Shown here one piece after another: positions 45,064 to 55,412 of a stretch of DNA of 64,000 bases. The position numbers and the translations under genes were made by a program. The notes below the pieces were generated by a model, which saw nothing but the letters and a program-made list of their open reading frames with translations, ran no database searches and had not been told where the DNA came from. Position 1 is the stretch's first letter. Each line of letters begins with the position of its first letter. Origin of the DNA: Candidatus Nanohalarchaeota archaeon (GTDB lineage: Archaea > Nanohalarchaeota > Nanosalinia > Nanosalinales > Nanosalinaceae); NCBI GenBank assembly GCA_022729235.1, contig JALDAJ010000001.1, forward strand, positions 480,001 through 544,000. The letters are read 5' to 3'.

Positions 45064-47346
45064 TCAGTCGAAGTAGTCCATGATGTTCTCCCGGTCGAAG
45101 ATGTTTTCCTGCCCGACCTGTTTCTTCAGTTTCTCCGCAGTCCGTTTACCGATCAGCTTCTTCAGTTTCTCGAACGAGGTTTCCCGGATGTCTTCTTGAT
45201 CTCTGACACCATGATCATGTAATTTCCGGGCGCGGACACGTCCTATCTGGTCGTACTTCACCAGCGGCAGAAGCTCTTCCTTTATGCCGTGTTTCAGCCT
45301 CAGCCTTACTTTTTCCAGGTCTTTCTCGACATCCGAAGAACTATCTGTGTTCTCCGAATCCTTCATCCGCGCGAGCTCTTTAGACGCGTAGAGAAGCCAG
45401 TCCGCGTTTTTCATCTTCGCCCTTATACCGCCGGGCGCGATACCGTAGTTCTCCATGAGCTGTTCTTCTTCTATCTCAGACATCCAGCCCTGCATCATCA
45501 GCGAGGTCTTCATGCATTCCAGGAAGTGATCGTACCTCGGCTCCCACTCCTCCGGGGTGTCTTCCATGATGTAGTCGCGGGCATCCATCAATGCCTGTCC
45601 GACATCCGAGTGTTCCTTGTCCTTCACTCTTAGTCGGGGCGCCATCTCACTGGTCCGGGAGAGCATGAACAGATAGGTTACAGGTCTAGTAGTGTTATCC
45701 TCCGCGCGCTCCAGTGTCTCAAGGATGTGGTTAGCGGAGTCAGGGTCGATGTAAAGCTCGGAGACTCTTTTACCGACCTTGGTCGCATCCATCTTTTCCT
45801 TCTCAATAAAAGCGTAGTCTCTCAGCTGTTCCACAACCTCCTCTATCTTCCGCTCCACTTCATCCAGGTCGCGGAACTGGAACGCGTAGAACGTTTCCTT
45901 GTAGAACTCCTTCAGGTCGGGCATGGAGGTGCAGAAACGGGAGGCGACCAGTGACAGCGTGTGCATCCTCAGGATCGGCTCCGCGTTCAGCTTGGACTGT
46001 ATCCTCTCCGGTTCTCCTGCGATAAACCGCTCCAGGATTTCCTGCTTGTCGCTGTTCGCGACAGAGATAGCCTCCCCGCGGTCATCATACTTCGGTCTCC
46101 CGGCGCGTCCTGTCATCTGCTCGTACTCGAGAACGGGTATGTACTCCATCCCTCGCCCGGTGTACCGTTTCAGGTCCCTGATGATGACGCGGAACGCGGG
46201 AAGGTTGACGCCCGCAGCTAAAGTCGGGGTTGCGGAGACTGTCCTGACAAGTCCTTTCCTGAAAGTCTCCTCCACGAGCGAGCGCTGCTGCGACATCAGC
46301 CCCGCGTGGTGGAACGCAGCGCCTTTCCTGACATTTTCTGCCAAACGTTTGCACTGTGAGGTCGGCGACCCGAGGACGTTCTCAATCCTTTCCGCATAGT
46401 CTTCCAGCTCCTTTTTCTCTTCTCTCGACAGGTCGTCTCGTGTTATCTTTCCGGTACGGTCGCTGGATTTCTCCGCGCCTTTCCGGGAGGAGCAGAATAT
46501 TATCGCCTGTTTGTCCATCTCAAGGGTGTCGTCTACCAGGTTCAGCGTCCCGCGCCCGTGCGTGTCTTCTATAAAATAGGTCTCGGACTCGATTTTTTCT
46601 CCGCTGTCTTCCTTCACTTCTTTACCCGTCTGGAAACTATCGCTGTTCGCTTCTTTTGAACTCTCATCAGGATCTTCCATCTCGACCCCTTCCGGGTAGA
46701 ACTCGACCTCGTTTCCCTCGTAGATACCGTGGTTCAGCTCTACCGGTCTATAATCGCTTTCGACCAGCTCCGCGTCCAGCCAGCCCGCTAACTCATCGCT
46801 GTTGGAGATAGTTGCGGAGAGCCCGAGCATCTGGAACTCCAGAAGATCTCTCAACCGGGAGATCGTGACTTCCAACGTCGGCCCTCTATTTGGCGAGGTA
46901 AGCAGGTGTATCTCGTCCACCACGACGAGACCGATTTCGTGTATCCAGGACGGATTATGTCTTAACATGGAATCGAGTTTCTCCGAGGTCACGACTATTA
47001 TGTCCGCGGTCTCGAATCCTGCGCCTTCATCATCGTAATCCCCGACAGCCATCCTTACGTCCAGCTCTTCGTAGCGCTCGGAGAAGTCCTGGTATTTTTC
47101 CGAGGCGAGCGCCTTCAACGGGACAATGTACACTGCTTTCTTCCCCTCCTCTACAGCTTTCTTAGTCATCGCCAGTTCCGCGATAAACGTCTTTCCCGAC
47201 GCGGTAGGGCTCGCGACCACCATGTCGTCTCCGTCCATCAACCCTGCGTCGACAGCCTCCTTCTGCGGAGGGTTCAGCTCTTTGATACCTTCAGAAAGAA
47301 AGTCCTGCTTTATACCGTCCGGGATGTCGAGTTTGCTGACTTTCAT
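45064..47346 (-). CDS. hel308: Ski2-like DNA helicase Hel308/Hjm
   Basis: PTASGKT, DEIH, LSAT, FHHAGL, TPTLAAGVNLPA, QMTGRAGRP, GRVRARKL. Confidence 0.95.
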   Translation of the reverse strand: MKVSKLDIPDGIKQDFLSEGIKELNPPQKEAVDAGLMDGDDMVVASPTASGKTFIAELAMTKKAVEEGKKAVYIVPLKALASEKYQDFSERYEELDVRMAVGDYDDEGAGFETADIIVVTSEKLDSMLRHNPSWIHEIGLVVVDEIHLLTSPNRGPTLEVTISRLRDLLEFQMLGLSATISNSDELAGWLDAELVESDYRPVELNHGIYEGNEVEFYPEGVEMEDPDESSKEANSDSFQTGKEVKEDSGEKIESETYFIEDTHGRGTLNLVDDTLEMDKQAIIFCSSRKGAEKSSDRTGKITRDDLSREEKKELEDYAERIENVLGSPTSQCKRLAENVRKGAAFHHAGLMSQQRSLVEETFRKGLVRTVSATPTLAAGVNLPAFRVIIRDLKRYTGRGMEYIPVLEYEQMTGRAGRPKYDDRGEAISVANSDKQEILERFIAGEPERIQSKLNAEPILRMHTLSLVASRFCTSMPDLKEFYKETFYAFQFRDLDEVERKIEEVVEQLRDYAFIEKEKMDATKVGKRVSELYIDPDSANHILETLERAEDNTTRPVTYLFMLSRTSEMAPRLRVKDKEHSDVGQALMDARDYIMEDTPEEWEPRYDHFLECMKTSLMMQGWMSEIEEEQLMENYGIAPGGIRAKMKNADWLLYASKELARMKDSENTDSSSDVEKDLEKVRLRLKHGIKEELLPLVKYDQIGRVRARKLHDHGVRDQEDIRETSFEKLKKLIGKRTAEKLKKQVGQENIFDRENIMDYFD

Positions 47347-47424
47347 GGTTTAACTGGCGCGAGGAATTCTTTTCAGCCTATCGCGTCCGCAAACCTCTAA
47401 AATATCAGGGAGGGATATTCAAGC

Positions 47425-47802
47425 ATGGAGAGGCTGAAACAGCTCGCGCGCCAGCCCTACGTGATCGCGACTACAGGTCTAGGACTTGTCCTGCTTATCG
47501 CAGGTTTCACCAAGTTTACTCACCTCGACGTCTGGATGGGCTACAGGCCTGTATTTGTTTCCGAGATGCTGCCTTTAACCGCTGAAAACGTGATGCGTGC
47601 CGGCGGTGTCTTCGAACTTGCTCTCGGCGCGTTACTAGTCGCGAGGAAAAGAGTTCTTGAGGCATCTCTAGTATCCGCTGTCTGGCTGGCAATGATAACA
47701 GTCGCGATGTACAAGATAGGTCTCTGGACCACAGCTTTGAGAGACCTTGGAATAGTCTTCCTTGCACTGACCGTTGCGGTGATGGCGTATGAGAGGCGTT
47801 GA
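47425..47802 (+). CDS. DoxX-like membrane protein
   Basis: Four TM segments; AGFTKF, GVFELALG, RDLG. Confidence 0.75.
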   Translation: MERLKQLARQPYVIATTGLGLVLLIAGFTKFTHLDVWMGYRPVFVSEMLPLTAENVMRAGGVFELALGALLVARKRVLEASLVSAVWLAMITVAMYKIGLWTTALRDLGIVFLALTVAVMAYERR

Positions 47803-47835
47803 GTACCAACCTCGGTCAAGAACTATAAATGGGCT

Positions 47836-47851
47836 TTACAAATATTTGTAA
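47836..47851. promoter_or_regulatory. Perfect 16-bp palindrome between the TATA and the start of the surface-protein operon
   Basis: TTACAAATATTTGTAA; TATA-like ctataaat at 47823-47830; ATG at 47856. Confidence 0.6.
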
Positions 47852-47855
47852 CAGC

Positions 47856-50800
47856 ATGCATAGTTCTCCTGAAAATCTGAAGATACTTGTCTTATTCGCC
47901 TTCTCGCTGTTACTTCTAGCGGTTCCAGTGGCGGCGGATCCAGTCAGCGGATGCCAGACTATCGATACAGAAGGAGAGTACCAGCTTGAAAGCTTCACTA
48001 CGGAAGTGAGTGAGGGAGAGACATGTATAGAGATAACATCCAGTGACGTGACGCTTGATGGTGACAGCAATACTTTGACGGTGGACGACGAGGATGTTGA
48101 TGCAATAGCGGTGGAGGGTGACGTACCTCTCGAAAACATCACTATCAGAGATCTCGACATAGTGTATGACAGTGAGGTGGACACGGCGGGAACCGCGCTG
48201 ACATTCCAGGGCTTCTACGAGGATGACCGCTCAGATGATTACAAACTCGATAATATCCAGGTAAATGACGCGTACAAAGGCGTGTTTTTCAACGATGTTC
48301 ATTCAATGCAGATTCTCAACTCCGACATAACGGTGGAAAGACATGGAATAGAGTTTCATGACTCCTCGAATAATGTGATAGAAGACACATCGATCAGCAT
48401 GACAGGAGGAACTGATGAATCTCCTGTCGGAGTCTACTTGTATCCTGGATCAGAGTGGAACCACCTGGTCGTCAGCCAGGTCACAGGTCCAGGGATTCAT
48501 GATCCGACTTCGATAGGAGTAAGGATCGCAGGTGATAGCTCGGAGGATAGAGAGGACATGAACCAGAGGAACAACATACGGGGGAACACTATCACGAACA
48601 ACGATGTCGGGCTGGAGATGCTGAACACCCACAACAACCCGGTTCTTGAGAACGAATTCGACAACAATGATGTACACGTTACGCTGGGCGAGAAGCTGGG
48701 ACGTAACAGGTTCATGGACAACGGATTCCTCGATGCCAGCGGACATATATGGGCGGATTATGACAGTGTTGAGACCCTCTATGGCGACGATAACTGGATG
48801 GGAGCATTCTTCACCTCGAATTACTGGAAGAACGACGTGAGCGACTTCTGCTTCGACACGACCCTCTCCGGGACATGCAACGAACACGACGATGTAGATG
48901 ACGAGAAGTGGACGTATGCGGATGGAGACGAGAAGACGGTTGACCCGAACCCTCTATCCCTCATCGGAGTCGACCTGGTAAACGTCGCCTTCGATGACAA
49001 CGACCCTTCCACCCACACCTCCTACCCACGCACCGTCTCGTTCATCGGCAACGAACTCGATATAGTTGGTATAGACATAGATGACTACCACCTAGAGGAT
49101 TCTGACGGAGGCAATATTGAAACTGAAACAGGAGACGGTTCGTTTGACACTACCGGCATGGATGAGGGATACTACACCATCCAGCACGAGGGCGAGGCGG
49201 AGACAGGTTTCGAGCACGAACTCGAACTACTGGACCCTGAAGGATACGATGCTGTAGGAAGAGTTGGAGGACTTGAAGATACTGCTTCGCTGGAAGGAGG
49301 TGACCTTGAGGTCATGGACTGGCTGACTCTTGAGACCGTCGAACACGCGTTCAATATCGAAGGAGAGGACAGGTATAGTGAAATGGGAGGTCCGGATGAC
49401 ACTGATGATTTCCTGTACAGAGTTGACTTGGGTGGAATGGAGGAAGGCTGGATAACTGTTGATAAAGATGGTAAGGCGACAGGGTCAACAGCGCTCTCCC
49501 ACGTGATGCATAACTGGGAAGTCTATGACCAGGAACTGCCTGTGGTCAACGACTTTACAGTTGAAGAAGGACACACTGTGTCCGGAAGTCTGAGCGAAAA
49601 CCATGATGAAGCCGAAGTTTTACTGAAAAGACATGACCGCGACTTCACTAACTACCGTCTACCGTACACATTCAGACCTCCTGAATTATCAGCACAAGTC
49701 GAGGGAGACAGCTTCACGTTCAATAACGTCCCGGAGGGGCGCTACAGTGTCAAGATAGCGGATTCCGAGGGCTTTGTACGTGTCGCACCCAATAGCTTTG
49801 AACACGATATCGAGGTCGAAGGAGACGTAACTGAAAGCGACTGGAGTCCTATAGAGGTCTCTGGTACTACTACCGAGGAAGTCAATATCACGATCGACGG
49901 CCCCGAGGGAGATGAGTACAGGTACGCTTCGGCGGTCGAACGTGAGGATGCAGAAGGAGATACTATCAGCTACATGGAGCCAGGGCAGACATCCGATCAC
50001 TTTGATGCAGAGTTTACCCAGGAAGTCCTTAATGATGAAGTCTACACTGTCCTCGGTGTGATGATGGAGTTCGAAGACGGTAAGATGCAGAACGTCCAGG
50101 TAGATAGTGAGGAAGTTGACTTAACAGATGGAGAGCCTAACGAGCCATATTTCACCTTCACCGAGCCTATGGCGGTTACAGGAAAGGTCGCCGATCCTGA
50201 TGACGCGGTTATCCCGGGCGCCAGAGTTATCTTCGAATCCGAGACAGGGTTCGCGATGGATGAGACAGATCAGGACGGGGAGTACAACGTCAGCCTGATG
50301 GAAGGCGAGGAGTACAGTGCTACCGTCCACTGGGAGGGCGGCATGAACAAGTATGACGTAGAGTTCACCCCTGGAGAAGATTATGGCGGAACGGAAAAGG
50401 AGTTCCAGATGGATGAAGGATCCTCCCTGGAAGTAACGGTGGAGGACGAGGAGACAGGAGATATACTTGACGCCCACGTCCGCCTGGAGAACCCTGAGGT
50501 CTCGTACTATGACTCTAAGCGAACCCAGGGTGAGGAGATAAACTTCACCGGATTGAATTCGGGTACGGGAGACGATTACAGGCTGGTCGTACATCCAGAG
50601 GACTGGACGTACCCTGTTGCGGAGAACGACTCCGTGACCATAGATGAAGACTTTGAACAGGTCAAAGTAGAGCTCTCGGAGAGCGAGACCGAGACCGCAG
50701 GAAACGTCTCGCTTACTAACGGAACTAACATCGATGCCGACGTGACTTTCTACGAATTAAGTACTAGGGAAGAAGCGGAGTCCGTCGCCTCTGACAGTGA

Positions 50801-52001
50801 GGACGGTTACGCGGTCAATATAACTCCGACAGGCTACAGGATAGAGGTTGAACCACACGAAGATAACTATGCAGAATCAGAGTTTTACCGCCGCATCCCG
50901 GACCAGGACGAAGAGTTTGAGCTAAATCTAGAAGTATCTGAGCGGGTAACTGTTGAGGGCGTGGTAGATGATGCTGACGGCGGTATCGTAGTAGGCGCGG
51001 AGGTATTCGCCTGGAGCCGAGAGGCAAGACACAGCGAGTCCACAGTTACAAACAGCAGCGGACATTACCAGCTAGATCTTCATTCTGACGCAGAGTACAA
51101 CATGATGGTATCGGAGGAAGGATATATCGCGGAGGAAGAAACGGAGACGTTCGACAGTGATGAAAACGATGTCAATTTTGTTCTATCAGGCGGTGAGACG
51201 ATGAGCGGTACTGTCAAGGATGAGGATGGCGATCCGATTGGTTCAGGCATCATCTCGGTCTGGAATGATGATGGATCATTCGGTTCCGATGAGTTCGAGG
51301 ATGGTACATATGAGATAACTGGTCTCGAGGATGCGGAGCATGAGGTCTGGGTGAGGCCCGACAACAGAGAGCTGGAGGTTAACACCAGTGAGAACGTTGA
51401 GGTGGGAGAACAGAACTTCACTGTTGAGAGTCGAGGAGGACAGAAAATCGAGGTAACTGTGATAGATGATGCTGGTGAAGAAGTGGGGGATGCAGAAGTC
51501 ATCACCGATATGACCAGCGGAAGAACTAATGCTGACGGTGAGATCGAGCTGGAAAGACACAATGTTGGAGATATAGTGATTGAAGTGAGGAAGGAAGGAT
51601 ACGAGGGCGTGAAGCGAGAGGTAACGATAAGAGACCCTGACGGTCCTTATGCGACGAACGACACCAAGGAGGTTGAAATTGTACTTGAATCTACTACAGA
51701 AGTAGAGGTTGATTTCGAAGTTAAAGAAGGCGGAGACGCTGTATCCGACGCCTCAATCGTTGTTGTAAATACTGACGAGGACCTATCCGACAGCGGAAGC
51801 GAGGTAACGGATTCGGGAGGAGAAGCGACAATCGAGAACCTTGTTGAAGGAGATTACAGGATTATACTCGCGGTTGACGGTGACGAATCGTACTCGGAGT
51901 CCGGTAAAGATTTCAGTGAAGGCGCAGGTGAGAATACTATCAATAACTTTGGTGAGGGAACAACGGGATATGACCTTACTTACGAGGTGTCGCTGCAGTG
52001 A
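47856..52001 (+). CDS. Large secreted surface protein: NosD-like beta-helix plus carboxypeptidase-regulatory-like beta-sandwich repeats
   Basis: Signal peptide; CQTIDTEGEY..CIEITSSDVTLDG; NYW; repeated V.G.V.D..G..I.GA.V...T...G.Y.L units. Confidence 0.8.
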   Translation: MHSSPENLKILVLFAFSLLLLAVPVAADPVSGCQTIDTEGEYQLESFTTEVSEGETCIEITSSDVTLDGDSNTLTVDDEDVDAIAVEGDVPLENITIRDLDIVYDSEVDTAGTALTFQGFYEDDRSDDYKLDNIQVNDAYKGVFFNDVHSMQILNSDITVERHGIEFHDSSNNVIEDTSISMTGGTDESPVGVYLYPGSEWNHLVVSQVTGPGIHDPTSIGVRIAGDSSEDREDMNQRNNIRGNTITNNDVGLEMLNTHNNPVLENEFDNNDVHVTLGEKLGRNRFMDNGFLDASGHIWADYDSVETLYGDDNWMGAFFTSNYWKNDVSDFCFDTTLSGTCNEHDDVDDEKWTYADGDEKTVDPNPLSLIGVDLVNVAFDDNDPSTHTSYPRTVSFIGNELDIVGIDIDDYHLEDSDGGNIETETGDGSFDTTGMDEGYYTIQHEGEAETGFEHELELLDPEGYDAVGRVGGLEDTASLEGGDLEVMDWLTLETVEHAFNIEGEDRYSEMGGPDDTDDFLYRVDLGGMEEGWITVDKDGKATGSTALSHVMHNWEVYDQELPVVNDFTVEEGHTVSGSLSENHDEAEVLLKRHDRDFTNYRLPYTFRPPELSAQVEGDSFTFNNVPEGRYSVKIADSEGFVRVAPNSFEHDIEVEGDVTESDWSPIEVSGTTTEEVNITIDGPEGDEYRYASAVEREDAEGDTISYMEPGQTSDHFDAEFTQEVLNDEVYTVLGVMMEFEDGKMQNVQVDSEEVDLTDGEPNEPYFTFTEPMAVTGKVADPDDAVIPGARVIFESETGFAMDETDQDGEYNVSLMEGEEYSATVHWEGGMNKYDVEFTPGEDYGGTEKEFQMDEGSSLEVTVEDEETGDILDAHVRLENPEVSYYDSKRTQGEEINFTGLNSGTGDDYRLVVHPEDWTYPVAENDSVTIDEDFEQVKVELSESETETAGNVSLTNGTNIDADVTFYELSTREEAESVASDSEDGYAVNITPTGYRIEVEPHEDNYAESEFYRRIPDQDEEFELNLEVSERVTVEGVVDDADGGIVVGAEVFAWSREARHSESTVTNSSGHYQLDLHSDAEYNMMVSEEGYIAEEETETFDSDENDVNFVLSGGETMSGTVKDEDGDPIGSGIISVWNDDGSFGSDEFEDGTYEITGLEDAEHEVWVRPDNRELEVNTSENVEVGEQNFTVESRGGQKIEVTVIDDAGEEVGDAEVITDMTSGRTNADGEIELERHNVGDIVIEVRKEGYEGVKREVTIRDPDGPYATNDTKEVEIVLESTTEVEVDFEVKEGGDAVSDASIVVVNTDEDLSDSGSEVTDSGGEATIENLVEGDYRIILAVDGDESYSESGKDFSEGAGENTINNFGEGTTGYDLTYEVSLQ

Positions 52002-53890
52002 GGAAGGCGGTCATAACACTGACTCTGATTTTGTTCACGTCCCTTGTTGCGGCATCGCTGGACGCAGATATACAGCCTTCATCGCCTGACAACATCACGC
52101 TTTCTCCAGATAACGATTACGAGGTTTTCAAGGAGTTCGACGGCACTAACTCGGACGGCGATATAGGCAGTTACGACTGGACGCTGGTCGACACAGATCA
52201 GTCCGCTTCAGGACCTTTAGCCAACTTCACCTTTGACCGGTCGGTCTCCGGTACCAGCGAGATCCGGCTAGTAGTTTCCGATGATACTTACAGCGATCTA
52301 GATTCAGTAACTCAGCGCGTACACGATGTTCCAGAGGTCACTATCTCCATGGACGACGCGGAGGCAGGGACTGGTGAAGAGACAGATTTCAGTGTTGACA
52401 GCTATGAGAACTCTTTCGACGACCCGGTGGAGTTCGAATGGGAAGTAGATGGTGAGGTTGAGGGAGGAGACGAGGAAAGTTTCGCTCACGAATTCACGGA
52501 ATCTGGGGAGCACACTGTAACCGTTACTGCCACGGATAACGCTGGTTATGAGGGCAGTGATTCTATCGACGTAGATGTCGTTTCTGATCATGTTACTATA
52601 ACAGGTACTAACTCACCGATAGATCCGGGCGAGACTCTTGAAGTTGATGTAGAGGTTGGTGGTGTAGAGGGTTATGATACAGATGATGAGCTCGTACTTG
52701 AGGTGGATGGTGATGAGGAAGATTCGGAAGATGTAGAGCTCGAGGAAGGAGATACTTACGAGACAACCCTCGAATGGGATACTGAAGACGGAGATGAAGG
52801 CGACTACGATATTGAGGTGCTCTATGACGGTTTCTCGGATACTACGGAAGTAGAGGTGGGTGATGAGGACGGTGATGAATCTGACCTGGATGCTTTCCCG
52901 CACCAGGATGACGAGGAGGATGAGGAGGATGAGCCGGAGTTTGACGAGGTTAAGACTATTGGAGCCAACAGCATGGTGCCTGCAGAGATTTCCTTTTCAG
53001 AGTCGCCTGTGACTCACGTGACTGTGAGTGTTTCCGAGCCAGTGGATGGAGAGCTGGGTTCGACAGCTACCGAGACACAGCCGTCTGGAGTCTCTGATCC
53101 TGGTGATGAGGTCTACAGGTATATAGAGTATGATCCTGACTTTGACACCTCCGCGGTGGAAGAGGTAGAGTTCGAGTTCGATGTAAGCCAGGGATGGCTG
53201 GATGACAACGATGTCTCTTCTGCAACGGTCGAGCTGCAGAGGTACGATTCGGGATGGACTGTCCTGGATGCGGAACGTGTCGATGAGGACGAGCTCAATG
53301 TTTATTATGAGGCAACCAGTCCCGGACTCTCAGTGTTCTCGATAACCGGTGAGACCTGGAGCGATCTGTTCCAGGTGACTGATATAGATGTCAACGAGAC
53401 TGATGTAATGGCTGGGGAAGCGGTTGAGTTCAATGTAACAGTGGAGAACACCGGTCCGGAATCCGGGATCTACGAGCTGGAAGTTGATATCGATGGAGAT
53501 ACGGAATCAGAAGAAGTTGAGCTAGGTTCCGGTGAGAATACCGCCCTGAGCTTTGTAACGGATTTCGAGGAAACCGGTACTAAAACTGTAGAGTCAAAAG
53601 GAGAGACAGTTGAGGTAGAAGTCCACGGCGAGGGGCTTCCATGGCTGATGATCTTTGGAGGACTGTTTACGGCAGTGCTGGCTGTTCTCGGTTTCATATT
53701 CTTCCCGGATATCAAGAATGCGGCAGAATCGGTTATCCCTTCGGAAATAGGTGATATCTCGGTTTCCCAGCCCTCGATGTCAGGGCGTCTCAATATAGGA
53801 GATGTACTGGGAGATTTGATGCCGGATGAAGATGAAAGATCCGGTGGTTACTCTTTCGAAGGGTTTGGGGATGACAGCAAACGTTCCTAG
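51998..53890 (+). CDS. Surface protein with PKD-like, CARDB-like and PGF-pre-PGF domains and a C-terminal TM
   Basis: Signal peptide; YDWT and FEWEVDG..HEFTESGEHTVTVTATD (PKD); FDVSQGWL..YEATSPGLSVFSI (PGF-pre-PGF); V.VENTG (CARDB); TM near the C-terminus. Confidence 0.82.
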   Translation: MRKAVITLTLILFTSLVAASLDADIQPSSPDNITLSPDNDYEVFKEFDGTNSDGDIGSYDWTLVDTDQSASGPLANFTFDRSVSGTSEIRLVVSDDTYSDLDSVTQRVHDVPEVTISMDDAEAGTGEETDFSVDSYENSFDDPVEFEWEVDGEVEGGDEESFAHEFTESGEHTVTVTATDNAGYEGSDSIDVDVVSDHVTITGTNSPIDPGETLEVDVEVGGVEGYDTDDELVLEVDGDEEDSEDVELEEGDTYETTLEWDTEDGDEGDYDIEVLYDGFSDTTEVEVGDEDGDESDLDAFPHQDDEEDEEDEPEFDEVKTIGANSMVPAEISFSESPVTHVTVSVSEPVDGELGSTATETQPSGVSDPGDEVYRYIEYDPDFDTSAVEEVEFEFDVSQGWLDDNDVSSATVELQRYDSGWTVLDAERVDEDELNVYYEATSPGLSVFSITGETWSDLFQVTDIDVNETDVMAGEAVEFNVTVENTGPESGIYELEVDIDGDTESEEVELGSGENTALSFVTDFEETGTKTVESKGETVEVEVHGEGLPWLMIFGGLFTAVLAVLGFIFFPDIKNAAESVIPSEIGDISVSQPSMSGRLNIGDVLGDLMPDEDERSGGYSFEGFGDDSKRS

Positions 53891-53892
53891 TT

Positions 53893-54381
53893 TCAGATAG
53901 TTCCTTCACAGATGAATTCTCCGTGGTTCTCAAGTAAATCGTCCCGGGCATACACAGGTAAATCATGTCTGGCAGCGAGCGCCACGGCGTCTGAAGGACG
54001 CGAATCCACGGCTTCTGTCTCCAGGTCATCTTCAAGTATTAACGCCGCGCGATAAGAGCCGTCCTGGAGGCTGTGTACCAGGACACCCTGCGGTTCCATG
54101 CCGGAGGCATCGAGCGAGTCAAGGAGGAGGTCATGCGTCATCGGTCTTGGAGTTTCGATATCTGCCTGTTCGATAGCATGCACTTGTTCCGGCGAGACAC
54201 CCATGCTTAGCAACCAGCAGCCTGACTTGAGAAGTAGGTGGTTCTCCCCTGTTTCGATTTCCGTTACCTCGCTGTACTCTTCCATATCGACCTGGTGCGT
54301 CCAGAGCTGGAAGTTAAATCCTATGTAAACGCCCAGGATCACTGATACTGAAAGGACTGTAACCGCTATCTTGTTCATCAA
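53893..54381 (-). CDS. Bifunctional nuclease family (DUF151) protein with an N-terminal membrane anchor
   Basis: PRPMTHDLL, YRAAL, VDSRPSDAVALAARHDLPVY. Confidence 0.85.
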   Translation of the reverse strand: MMNKIAVTVLSVSVILGVYIGFNFQLWTHQVDMEEYSEVTEIETGENHLLLKSGCWLLSMGVSPEQVHAIEQADIETPRPMTHDLLLDSLDASGMEPQGVLVHSLQDGSYRAALILEDDLETEAVDSRPSDAVALAARHDLPVYARDDLLENHGEFICEGTI

Positions 54382-54410
54382 GACAGTTTTAGGTAGTAAA
54401 CCAGAAAACT

Positions 54411-54890
54411 TTATCCCCTCTCGTACTCCACGAAAGATAACTCGCCGCGGTCATCCCTGCTGACCTCTTTCCATTCCTCTTCACTCCAGTCCGGGAAAAA
54501 AGTGTCGCCTTCGTATTCTTCATGAACCTCGGTCAGCACCATTTTATCTGCGAGATCAATCGTCTGCTCGTATACAGAGGCACCGCCCATGATGAAAACC
54601 TTGTCCTTACCTGTATCCTCCGCAATCTCCCACGCCTCTTCAAGACTGTTCGCGAGCTCGACTTCCCCGGGAACATCCATCTCCGAGCGCGTCAACACGA
54701 TATTCTTCCTGCCTTCAAGCGGTCTCACGCTTTCTGGTAGCGAGAGATAGGTGGTGCGACCCATCACAACAGGAAAGCCCATCGTAGTCTCTTTGAAGTG
54801 CTCCATGTCCTCCGGGTAATGCCACGGCAGTCCCCCATTTTTCCCTATAACATTGTTCTCCGCAACCGCCGAGATGATTACCTTTTCCAT
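54411..54890 (-). CDS. folA: Dihydrofolate reductase
   Basis: AVAENNVIGKNGGLPWHYPEDMEHFK, VMGRTTY, RPLEGRKNIVL, MGGASVY, GDTFFP. Confidence 0.96.
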   Translation of the reverse strand: MEKVIISAVAENNVIGKNGGLPWHYPEDMEHFKETTMGFPVVMGRTTYLSLPESVRPLEGRKNIVLTRSEMDVPGEVELANSLEEAWEIAEDTGKDKVFIMGGASVYEQTIDLADKMVLTEVHEEYEGDTFFPDWSEEEWKEVSRDDRGELSFVEYERG

Positions 54891-54986
54891 AATCTCTTCT
54901 TTGTACTGTCTGCTATAACTCTTTTCCACGGATTCAAGAAACAATAAAATCTTCACTCCTTAAAACCTGTGATAATGTGGTAGGAC

Positions 54987-55196
54987 ATGCCAACACTGTA
55001 CTTCATACTCCTCGGCATAGCTATCTGTCTCCTGGCAATATTCTTCATGAGCAGCGGTAACAAGGAGTTCGGAGCGTTCTTCATGGTGGGCGGTGTCCCG
55101 TTGGTCATCGGAACTAGCCTCGGCGCTGTAGTTGAAGCGTTAGCACTCGGGGCAGGACTCGTACTTTTACTGGTAGTACTGGAAATGGCTATGTGA
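54987..55196 (+). CDS. Small integral membrane protein
   Basis: 69 aa, almost entirely hydrophobic. Confidence 0.55.
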   Translation: MPTLYFILLGIAICLLAIFFMSSGNKEFGAFFMVGGVPLVIGTSLGAVVEALALGAGLVLLLVVLEMAM

Positions 55197-55412
55197 TACA
55201 TGAGGAATGTTGTACTGAACCACAACATTTATTCTATTTTCAAGACCTGAAAAGCCTGTAAAACCGTCTAAAAAGGATAGAAACAGGTAATAAACCACTG
55301 TTCAACACACCCGGATTTTTCCATAATCTTCAACACATCTACTTCGAAACCTATTAAAGAGTAAATGATTGAATCGGAAGATACGCGCAACCATCGGGGG
55401 ATGGGGTAATCA

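Noticed and set aside
46560-46700. Intein in hel308
   Set aside because: Only a short acidic low-complexity loop, with no splicing motifs
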